A DNA stretch of 62,336 nt, the filler included, from Basidiobolus ranarum (Eukaryota), in the NCBI GenBank assembly GCA_040143965.1. It is 10 parts of 10 records of this genome, joined end to end, with 100 filler letters (N's around TTAATTAATTAA, not from the genome) between each part and the next. Parts side by side here need not be neighbours in the genome. Positions count along the whole stretch, not along the records: positions 12,513 to 18,664 come from JASJQH010008271.1; positions 18,765 to 24,912 come from JASJQH010008272.1; 8 more parts are not named here. One strand, given 5' to 3'. The position numbers were made by a program, and so were the translations under genes. Shown piece by piece: positions 13,047-22,464 of this stretch; the first letter of the stretch is position 1; each line of letters begins with the position of its first letter. Below the pieces are notes generated by a model. It was not told where the DNA came from. It saw only the letters and a program-made list of their open reading frames with translations, and searched no databases.

Positions 13047-13650
13047 GACTGTTTGCGGCTATAAACACGCTTCCACGAGAAGCTTTAGATTTGTGTAAAC
13101 AAAGCCAGTTAATTATAAATACTGGCTGATGTTGTAGGAAAACGAAGCCAACGTGCACTCGTTGGGAAAGTGAATATGGATCAACATTCTCCCGATTATT
13201 ACATTGAGAATACTGCTCAAAGTCTGGAAGATACTGAAATGTTCACAAACTATGTATTAGATAAGAGTAACTCTCTAGTCACACCTGTTATTACTCCTCG
13301 TTTTGCTCCATCTTGCATCACTGAGTTGATGAAAGGACTCGATGATCTCGCGGCTAAATATAATCTGCCGGTTCAGTCTCACATGGATGAGAATATGGAT
13401 GAAATTACTCGTATCAAGAAGATCCACCCGAGTCACGCTGATTACACCTCTGTATAATGTCTATGGTTTATTGACAAATCGCCCCATTACGGCACATGTT
13501 GTATATCCTACAGAATATGAGCGCCAGCTAATCAAAAGACGAGGAGCGGGCATATCTCACTGTCCAGACTCCAATTTCAATCTTCACAATGGCGTTGCAA
13601 AGGTACGTCAAATGCTAAATGAAGGGCTGAAACTTAGCCTTGGTACAGAT
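13047..13650 (+). pseudogene. Guanine deaminase fragment (frameshifted, truncated at both ends)
   Basis: RALVGKVNMD, PVITPRFAPSC, VQSHMDEN, AHVVY, ISHCPDSNF, LSLGTD amidohydrolase motifs. Frameshift near 13450; ends abruptly at TTAGGG (13651). Confidence 0.85.
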
Positions 13651-13822
13651 TTAGGGTTAGGAGGGAGACAGTCACCAACAGGTGAAATCTTTATTTCAAG
13701 GGGGAGGGGAACCACTAGTTGATGTAATCTTTATTATCTCTGTTCTTCAACTAAGACACCCATAAAGAAGGCAGTATGTTACTTACTCTGTCTGCATAAT
13801 TCAGTAGTAGATGTGGGTTAAC
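13651..13822 (-). mobile_element. 5'-truncated retroelement-like 3' end (AATAAA, hairpin, TAACCC-type tail), copy 1
   Basis: 13663-13699 matches 18473-18509 at 36 of 37 nt. Minus strand reads AATAAAGATT-TCACC-TGTT-GGTGA-CTGTCTCCCTCCTAACCCTAA. Far boundary is approximate. Confidence 0.55.
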
Positions 13823-13825
13823 AAA

Positions 13826-14330
13826 TATGTTTCGGGAAATATGAAGAGGTTATTAGTCGCGCTGTTGAAACTTTAGGAGTGATACCGGTTTATCCTGTTC
13901 GAAACTTATCCAGATTCTCCAACGGACAGTAAGTTTATATTGTCGAAGCAATTTCTTGTCCACTACTAACTAATTGCTATTTGTTCTCTTTATTAGGCCA
14001 GGTAAGCAAGGTGGTGTATTCAGAGATTGTATATTGGTGCGTCCAGGTACTACCGTACGTGAGTTTGCCAAGAAAGTCCATCCAGAAATTGACAAACATT
14101 ATTTATATGCTGAAACTGTCGGATATATTAGAGTAAGCATCGGTTTTTGCGTTTTTATTTCCTCTGGATACATCAATACTTATCCATTATGCTTGCTCTT
14201 CTAGCTGGGAGAAAATGATATCATCTCGGAAAAAATCAACATTATCTCCTTTAAAACTTCAGCTATGTCGACCTCCACCAGTGGTACTAACTCATCCACT
14301 ACTAATACCACTAACGAAAAGAAAAAGTAG
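13826..14330 (+). pseudogene. 3' fragment of an Obg-family GTPase (YGR210C-like) with two introns; 5' part missing
   Basis: EEVISRAVETLGVIPVYPVRN|PGKQGGVFRDCILVRPGTTVREFAKKVHPEIDKHYLYAETVGYIR|LGENDIISEKINIISFKT...*. Introns at 13929-13996 and 14133-14204. Confidence 0.7.
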
Positions 14331-14641
14331 CCATTCATCTTCCAATTACTGTATCCCTCCCTTAACCAGATGAGTAGTGGTTTTGCCCCTTGTAAGGATC
14401 TTGTAGGTTAGATCAATATTAAATATTGGTAATATTCAAGTTAAACACCATCTCGGATATTATATGTATTTGTATGTTTTTGCCGAATTAGTTGCTGATT
14501 TTTCCGGCTCATGGGGATTAATATACGACAAACATCCAAAATTGGGTTATTTTTCCGAGTCAAAAAGATATAAATATCGTTTGATCGAATACTGAATTTT
14601 ATTAAATACGTTTTCAATTCTCAACAAAATCAATTGGAGTT

Positions 14642-15511
14642 ATGAGCGTTCAAAGATATATCACCAGCACAGTCGAAGCTATAACCAAGCCGGAAGGGAA
14701 TGGCGCTAGAGTCAGAAGGAGTATTGGCACTAGTGCGCTCAAAAACTTTGATCCTTTCCTAATGCTGGATGAGTTTATGGTGGACCCACCTGCTGGATTC
14801 CCCGATCACCCACATCGCGGTTTTGAGACGGTTACTTACATGCTCGATGGAATAGTTGCTCATGAAGATTTTGCAGGTCACCAAGGCACGATTGGTCCGG
14901 GTGATCTTCAGTGGATGACTGCTGGCCGTGGTATTGTGCATGCGGAGATGCCGCAAACTAAGTGCCGGGGTCTTCAATTATGGGTAAACTTGAGTGCCGT
15001 TGATAAAATGTGTGAACCGCGTTATCAAGAGCTTCTAGATAAGGAGATTCCAAGAGTATCGCCTCCTGGAGTAGATGCTGTGATCAAGGTTATTGCTGGT
15101 AATTCGTTTGGAGTGAATAGTCCTGTAGTTACCAAAACACCTACCATGTACCTAGACTTTAAGGTTGGAAAGAACTCCAAACTTGAACAGCTGATTCCGG
15201 AGAGTTATCAAGGGTTCCTGTACATATTGGAAGGGGAGGGATATTTCGGCTCACAAGATACTCTCGGGAAAGCACATCACACATTGACACTTAGCGAAGA
15301 GGGGGGCGTGCTCAGTATCGAGACCAAGGACAGTACTGTGCATTTTGTACTTGTAGCTGGTGAGCCCATCAAGGAGCCAATAGTGCAGCATGGACCATTT
15401 GTCATGAACCATGTCGACGATATAAAGCGCACATTCACTGATTATCGTATGGGTATTAATGGTTTCGAGAGAGCTCGCACATGGCACTCAAAGATTGCGA
15501 ACCGTTATTAA
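14642..15511 (+). CDS. Pirin (bicupin, quercetinase-like), intronless, 289 aa
   Basis: DPFLMLDEF, GFPDHPHRGFETVTY, QWMTAGRGIVHAEMP, GEPIKEPIVQHGPFVMN. Confidence 0.95.
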   Translation: MSVQRYITSTVEAITKPEGNGARVRRSIGTSALKNFDPFLMLDEFMVDPPAGFPDHPHRGFETVTYMLDGIVAHEDFAGHQGTIGPGDLQWMTAGRGIVHAEMPQTKCRGLQLWVNLSAVDKMCEPRYQELLDKEIPRVSPPGVDAVIKVIAGNSFGVNSPVVTKTPTMYLDFKVGKNSKLEQLIPESYQGFLYILEGEGYFGSQDTLGKAHHTLTLSEEGGVLSIETKDSTVHFVLVAGEPIKEPIVQHGPFVMNHVDDIKRTFTDYRMGINGFERARTWHSKIANRY

Positions 15512-16094
15512 GTATCCAATGTTTCCATTGTGAATTTGGATTTTTTGTATTAAAATAAATAAATATATATTGAGCCTACCGTTGACACCTATCAGAAAGG
15601 CTAGATGCTCTCCTTGTAGTTAACCTTTTTTGTGTATAAAAGAGCTCAAATTCCCTACAGTTCAAGTTCCGCATCCCAGAGTGTTAACTCAGTTTGAAGT
15701 ACAATAAAAGGTCAGATTGTAGTAAAATTACTGTTGTAGTGTTGCAAACTATCATATGTATTGAGATAGATCAATAATATAACAATGAGTAATAACCTTT
15801 TTTGACCAGAAATCTGAATGAAGAGCCGTAAGGAATAATATAACTATTGAGCATATTAGCAGAGTGAATCATGATTAGTATCAATATTGGGAATAATGTT
15901 CCGTGTTGAGGCTGGGAGACTTCGACAGGAAGTTTTGTGCTCTGGCATTGTTAGATTATTAAGCAGAAGTAATTTGGGGTTAGGATTTATAACTTTAAGA
16001 AGTTTGCACTGAGCGATTTAGTAAGTTAAAAGATCTTTTATTGAAAATCTTCATCAGCGCCTAGTTACTAGTAGCAGTATTGCAAAAGGTTTCT

Positions 16095-16307
16095 CTAACA
16101 ATCAGAGAGCTCACCAAATCCTTGACAACATTTATCAAATCTACTAGCAGACTTGACGGTGCACTTCGATCTGGAATAACTGCCACCAGAAGGTCCACAG
16201 CAGTTCTTAGTGTAATCTGCGACATCGTTGTAGCATCTACAAGTAGCAGCTTGAGTGACGGCAATTAGGCTAAGGGCAATTAAAATGCTGGTAACGGAAA
16301 ATTTCAT
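16095..16307 (-). CDS. Small secreted cysteine-rich protein, 70 aa
   Basis: Signal peptide MKFSVTSILIALSLIAVTQA; 8 Cys spaced C-x-C-x10-CC-x11-C-x10-CC-x8-C; probable 5'-UTR intron ending immediately before the ATG. Confidence 0.85.
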   Translation of the reverse strand: MKFSVTSILIALSLIAVTQAATCRCYNDVADYTKNCCGPSGGSYSRSKCTVKSASRFDKCCQGFGELSDC

Positions 16308-17510
16308 CTATAACAATAACGATCAGTCAACAACATTTCTTTGAAATTCGTATGCAATGCTTACCTTGGATACTACTGTGTACTAGTGGTGTTAACTCTC
16401 TGAAGAATTTTAGGCTCCTTTAATAGACATTTTGCCATGTTTCACAAAAGGAAATTATAGCTAGGTTCTCCGTTTTTGCTTAGTTTTTTTTGCTTGCTTC
16501 GCCAACTTTCGGATCTTCCTTGTAGCTAATTATGGCTGACGTTTCGGAATGATTACGCGGTTAAATTCGGTTGTAGCACTTCAATTAACAAATACATGAA
16601 GACCAAGGGTGGTAATGCATTTTAATGTTGAATCATTACCCATCTTCAAGGTTCTCAGGCTCTTCTTCTGGATAGTTGCATTTCTATGCTCCATTTTAGT
16701 AAATATTAATGCTAAAACGTACACAAAGTAAGGCACACAAATACTCGTGAGGAAATTAACACTACCGAGAGTATAAACATAACTGAGAACGACCCCTGTT
16801 GTTCTACTCGTTACTATAGCTGATGAGATAAGCTATTCTATGGCAGATATGTCAATAGCTGATTATTTTGACACCTACTGAGTCAATATAGAAACTGAGT
16901 CAATATAGAAATTGGGAAACCAACTTACAAAGTTCCTGACCAAATCCAGCCTGGTTGCTATGATTATTGCTGGATCCACTATTACTGTTATTCCCACCAC
17001 CACAATTCTCACACTTGGGGCACAGTTACTAGCTCAGAATAACCGCATACTCCATTGTCGTTGCTGCGGAAGGTTTCAACATTAATAATTTTAAGTTACT
17101 GAGGAAGCAAAGCAAAGGGGGGGGGGTACCATGATTAAGTACTTAGCCAAGATAGTGGAATTTGTTAGTTACATCATGTTTAGAATTTTACAAGTGGCTG
17201 ATCTCAAGTTTAGTGCGACGCATAAAAGCGAATAAAAGATAAAGACTCAAAACTTCAATGCATAAATTAGCCGAAGTGCCGCCATGATTTCAGTGATCTT
17301 CATAGTGTTTATGGTTTCCAATAGGCCGGATAAACTCGACCTTAACATAATCTTATAAATAAGATTTGTACAAAAATCCCATCTAATGGTATGCATCAGG
17401 CGGTATGCATCAATAAGAGCGTTAAAATATAGTTATTAACCGAAGTGTTACCACTACTATCTAAAATTAGCTACCCTTATCATACGAAACTAAATTTGGA
17501 CAGTGTGGTG

Positions 17511-17558
17511 GCGGATGTGGAATATAGCGGATGTCGAATATAGCGGATGTCGAATATA
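17511..17558 (+). repeat. 16-bp tandem repeat x3
   Basis: gcggatgt(g/c)gaatata three times. Confidence 0.9.
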
Positions 17559-18462
17559 GTAGTAGTAAGTCGACACATTAAACGCATAATCGAAGTGGTA
17601 AAGTGATTGATTTTTTTGTTACGTATTCCTGGACATGCTAGTAAAGCCTGACATAGTCGGAAGAGGCGCCTTAATTTCTGATGGAATTTAACCCTAGTAG
17701 CACTAAGGCAAGCATTAGGTTTTCCCACAGCCAACTGCATATCGGGATAAATGATTTTTATTAATCCAAGTGTATTCCTTCAAAATGCGTGTATTATTTA
17801 ATATGTACAATACTCAATATAATACCATCTTTGACTACTAGACTTACATCAGATACGGTGAGCACTTAGGGTTAGTGACACATTAAGTTCAGATTCAACG
17901 TCAACCGTATGCCATTGAAGTAAGACCGCTAACAAAACTTTGCCATGTTGCGACGTAGTAAATTTCACCTTTGGGACACTGGCGATGTCTTGGATCTCTA
18001 GTTGTCATTATCAAGTTTATTCTAGACATTGTATCTAGTGACAGACTTGCTAGTACTTTGCCATTGAGTTGCCACTTCACTATCTTTGTTTAAAGTACCT
18101 ACCTGTGAGAAACTGGAATAGGATCAGAACAAACCAACACTCCTTTATCATAGTTGAAAAAAAAGGATATTTATGTTTGTATAAATCCTTGTCATAAATA
18201 TAACTAACAAATTTGTAGTTTCATCACCCAACGAAATTTTCTTAATTGAAATAAGCCTTGATGGTACCAATCTGAATCGGTGCATTTTCCCCACAGTTAA
18301 AAGTATACTACAATAGGATTTCCTTATTCATACGCTTACATTCACTTCCAAAGAAAATCTGGGAGTAACTATGAGGTCAATATCCTCTTATTTTGTGATA
18401 TTGGGCTCTATACCTATCCTAACATCAATCATCTGAGCATCAAGCATTCTATCAACAAGTGG

Positions 18463-18664
18463 TTGGGTTAGGGGGAGACAGTCACCAAAAGGTGAAATCT
18501 TTATTTCAAACAAAACAAAGAAGCCATAACTACTTTTGTAGTTTCTTAACTATTGTATGGAGATCTGGAGTATTTGTATGAATGTTGCAAAGCAGAAAAG
18601 TTAAGTCAGTAGAATCTAAGACACTGTTAAGTGGAGTGGGAGGGAGTAACAATGGTAAAAATGG
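18463..18664 (-). mobile_element. Retroelement-like 3' end with TAACCC-type tail, copy 2 (runs to contig end)
   Basis: Minus strand reads AATAAAGATT-TCACC-TTTT-GGTGA-CTGTCTCCCCCTAACCCAACC; shares the 37-nt core with 13663-13699. Confidence 0.55.
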
Positions 18665-18764
18665 NNNNNNNNNNNNNNNNNNNNNNNNNNNNNNNNNNNN
18701 NNNNNNNNTTAATTAATTAANNNNNNNNNNNNNNNNNNNNNNNNNNNNNNNNNNNNNNNNNNNN
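18665..18764. other. Artificial contig linker
   Basis: N run with central TTAATTAATTAA. Confidence 0.99.
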
Positions 18765-19067
18765 AACGATGATCCTTTTCTCTAGTTGATTGTATCCAAT
18801 ATAACCAGCCATTTCCGTTTCTTGACTTTCAAAATAGCTAGTAACATTGAGGTCCCCTACGCATCGATCCCCACAGGACCAATCCTTAATTTTGTCTTCA
18901 AGGCAGTATGCAGCTGAAGCATATTTGGCTGAGGTCTTTAACATGGCCAAGACGGAGCTCTCAATCGGGTAATACGGATCAGCAGGCTTTGAGGATTTAT
19001 CCCAATCCCCCCAGGGGAAAGAGGTTGCGACACCAAAAAATACAAGATAAATGCAGTGGAATAGCAT
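18765..19067 (-). CDS. Secreted class-3 lipase, N-terminal part (truncated by contig end)
   Basis: Signal peptide, then AKYASAAYC...WSCGDRC...GYIGYNQLEKRIIV, typical of fungal class-3 lipases. TATA-like element near 19101-19108. Confidence 0.8.
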
Positions 19068-19406
19068 GATCAGGTAGAGATTTAGCAACAACTGCGGAGG
19101 TTTATATACAGTTACTTCAAGTAGAAGCTCTAAAGATTCAGCGGGGAATATACATTTACCGAGAACATTTATAATCTAGACACTTTTTGGGCAGCAAGCC
19201 TTTTTTGAATATCATCAACCTATGATCGTTAGTTACGTTATATACTGATTTACTCTATCCAAGATTTCAAAAGTAGCTAGATGCATCAAAGCTCAAACAA
19301 TGTATTTCATATCGGCTCGAAAGTGAAAGTCAAATTCGAAGTAAAATGTAATTCTTTAAAAATTCAAGCTTACGAAGTGTTCTAAGACTTACTCTGTATC
19401 TAATAT

Positions 19407-20660
19407 TTAGTGTAGCGATAACCACACAGGATTATTTGCTTTTTGAGTAGGTCGACTGCTGCTAGCTGACAAGATACCCTTTCTTTTATACTCGGTGGAG
19501 AGCGGTTCCTTCAATCAGCAAAAACGTTCTGGTCTTTCCCCAGTTGTGCGCAAGTTAAAAAGGATATGTCTAAAGCTCAAAGTAGCAGCCAGGTCACAAT
19601 TCCAAAGATGAAGGGGAGAGTCTTCGGTAGTATTGGACACAACCTTTAAACACTGTTGGTTTTTGTACCTGAACAGAAATTAGGTTGGAATTTTTCACTT
19701 GCATATAAAAAGCGTTTACCTTAAAAGGCCGTGACGATTTACAATAAGATACTTTTCTCTTTTGTATGGTCTAGGATTTTGTACTTTTTGAAACTTTTCC
19801 AGTTCACCGTTCTGGCAAGTAGGGCACAGACTTGAAGTTTTAAACTCGTCAAGGAGGTATAGCTGGAAACTTTCTTTGACTAACATTTTTCTCATTCCAA
19901 CGCCTCTATTGGGCTCATGTTACTTTTCATTTCCAGCTGATCAGTCACCAAGTATTAATATAGTATCATTCCCAAACTTCTCTCGAAGATTCTTGGCAAG
20001 CCGTTTGTCTGATTGTAGTTGGCTAATGAAACTTTAGAACTTCATTTTTCTAAAAGGTAACAAACCGCTGGTACGCCGGTCTTTTCCTGTAGGGTAATAA
20101 TCTTCATTTGAGTAATATGCTCTCATGACCGGAGTGACTTTGGATTTTGTTGAAGATACTTGGCAAAATTGTCTTTGTTGGCAGTTGAAGATTTAAAATG
20201 GGATATGACTTGGTCTGTCTTTAAGTTCTTTCTGAGCTTCCTGAATTTTCTGTACTTTGTTTCAATTGCTTTTGGGTTGCTTGAATATTGGTAAACCATT
20301 TTGTTTTCAGCGGTACTTTCTTCGTGCATATAGTACAGCAAATCGCGCCGTGCAGGATCAATTAGCACACATTTGCCAACACCAGCCTTCAGCTCTTCTC
20401 TTCCCAACTTCTTCACATACGGAAACTCCTCTTTTTGAAGCAAGATACTTTAATTTTGCGCCATTACCACCCTTCTTCTTTGTATTATGGTTTTGCTTTA
20501 ACACCGACACACCTACACCATCTGTGTATATCATACCTCTAAACTTCATTGACTTGCTTTTTCCTTGCCGTTTCATTGCTTTTGATGTGAGGTCAATAAC
20601 GGTTTCCCATTCTGCTTCTATATCCGAGTGGCTGGTGTTGGAATTCTTTAAGATAAAAAA
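19407..20660 (-). pseudogene. Fanzor1 pseudogene, 3' part, with all RuvC motifs, zinc finger and a 51-nt intron
   Basis: FRGMIYTDGVGVSVLKQ; KCVLIDPARRDLLYYMHE (RuvC-I D at 20357-20359); ILGD*; YLLDEFKTSSLCPTC (E at 19845-19847 plus CxxC); RHGLLR|YKNQQC across intron 19719-19669 (GTAAAC...CTAAT...CAG); LWNCDLAATLSFRHIL (RuvC-III D at 19593-19595); GERPERFC. Several stops and frameshifts. Confidence 0.9.
19412..19515 (-). ncRNA. Putative Fanzor omegaRNA scaffold / element right end
   Basis: Lies directly 3' of RuvC-III. Possible stems GAGTA/TACTC, GTC/GAC and a terminal ATAATC-CTGTGT-GGTTAT hairpin. Terminus GGTTATCGCTAC resembles 62302-62336. RNA identity is inferred from position. Confidence 0.45.
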
Positions 20661-20879
20661 CTATGGGTCCTATCCAAATCATTTGAGCTGAGAAATTCTT
20701 TAGGTATGTCTTCAATATTTCTTGACGAAATAGCCTGCTTGACCTTATTTATTTGCTCTGTTATTGTCTTTATGACTGCCCTAATCTCTTTCTCACTTCC
20801 TCCATTCTTCTTCATCTTGCTGTCCAGTTCCTTGCTTATTTCCTGAATGTTGCCAATCCTAAATCATTTGCACTTGATC

Positions 20880-21250
20880 TTGACATGCACAATTCCCCAA
20901 AAGAGGTTGTGTATCAGGATATTGCTCATGTTTATAATGATTATAAATTAGTATCTTGGACCACAGGTGAGCATTTCTTGCCCTCTCTTCTCACAAACCC
21001 AGTTTACCGACATCTTTGATTCTTCTACAGAAATGTGACTCAGTCCTGACCACACAATGGTCGTCATTTTCTGATATGACACATGCTATGGCAGGAATAG
21101 CACCAGTAACGGTAGTACACCTACTACCATCACTCAAGTTGGACCAAAAGAGTCTATCTCCTGCAACGGGATATTTTCAACTACCCTCTTCAGAGTCCTT
21201 GTACTTTAAGCATAGACATCTCCGACTTTTCAATTGCTTTGATCAAAAAG
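20880..21250 (+). pseudogene. Decayed glycosyltransferase C-terminal fragment (fucosyltransferase-like)
   Basis: DIF/ILLQKCDSVLTTQWSSFSDMTHAMAGIAP and PSSESLYF resemble the D-x-x-LLS-x-C-D...S-T-F...G-x-x-P motif of GT37/GT23-type fucosyltransferases. Frameshifted and CpG-poor. Confidence 0.4.
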
Positions 21251-22197
21251 GTGATGATAGCACTGGAACGATCTGGCTCTATTGCAGGGTTTTGTGGGAA
21301 ATTTTGCCTACACCATGATAGTGTCTTCCATTCATATCTTTCACTTGTCGTGTGGGACACATCGTAGACTATATACTGGACAATTGTGCATGCCATGATG
21401 ATATCGGGAGTGGCAGTAGTAAGTATGATGTCTTAGAAATCCATGTCAACACTATATGATACGTATTAAGCAATATGCCCTTGGTTCCAGTGTTCCATTT
21501 CATTTGAGCAAATAGCACGTATTATGGCTCAAAACAACAAACAGACTTCCAATTGTACTACTGACAAAATGTGGCTTACTTAATCTTCCCTACAGGTATT
21601 AACTATTAATTTGCTTTTACTTTTCGATCAAGTGGATAGCTACGTCATCTGTTTTAAGTTGGAAATCGCAAAGGTTAGCTTGTTGCAGTTTCGTGGTTTT
21701 ACAGTTACAAATGTTTCAGTATTCATTCATGAATTCTATTTATATTCATCAAGTTCTATACATAGAGTGCTTGAAAGCCAATAGCTTGATTTGATAGAAC
21801 CCCAGTCACATGACCTAAGCTAAGACAAGTCGCAACTTTATTGCAGCAGGATGCTTCGCACGCCGATTCAATTATCGTGAGTCTTGTATTGCTCTTGACT
21901 GCTTGTTTTCCAATCTGAGCCAATAGCCAAAAATTTACCTTTATGTGTCATTAAATCCGCCAGCAACGCCAAATGTTTCAGTGTAGAGTCTTAGCCAATC
22001 TAATCACTTGTTTGATTATCGTAGTTTAGAATATAAACAGCTTTGGATAAGTAACAACACATCCATCGTCACAAGTAATCAACACCTCTATCATCGCAAG
22101 TAATCAACACTTCTATCACTGTAAGAGACCAGTCTGATGATCAACCAAGTATATGCATTTTCTTTTTTTCTTACTAGACCTTTCTTTAATTTAGATA

Positions 22198-22464
22198 ATG
22201 ATGATTCCAAACCTACGTGTTCTATGTCTCTCTGTATTCCTTCTATTCGCCCAGGTCAGCGGAGATGATGTTAATTCAGTTTGTACAGTCGCAGGGTTCA
22301 AGGTGGACTATTCAAAAATAACCAAATGCTGCTTAAAAAATGTTGGAGGTTCAAACTTCAAAAATAACCGGGTGATATGCACACTTCCAGTTGGGAAAGA
22401 AGGTTATTTTAGAAGATGTGTAAAGCGGTTGGGATATGCTACTTCAGTAGAGTGCGATTATTAG
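22198..22464 (+). CDS. Small secreted cysteine-rich protein, 88 aa
   Basis: Signal peptide ending AQVSG; mature part has 6 Cys (C-x14-CC-x15-C-x12-C-x11-C); probable 5'-UTR intron 22121-22177; AATAAA downstream. Confidence 0.85.
   Translation: MMIPNLRVLCLSVFLLFAQVSGDDVNSVCTVAGFKVDYSKITKCCLKNVGGSNFKNNRVICTLPVGKEGYFRRCVKRLGYATSVECDY

Noticed and set aside
17511-17558. Short direct repeats as a CRISPR array
   Set aside because: Head-to-tail tandem units with no spacers, in a eukaryotic context.
17865-17875. Isolated TTAGGGTTA words (also near 24210)
   Set aside because: Not followed by the 37-nt element core, and short enough to occur by chance.
20257-20691. 144-aa plus-strand ORF (also 185-373, 513-794, 704-973)
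   Set aside because: Antisense shadows of the Fanzor pseudogenes.
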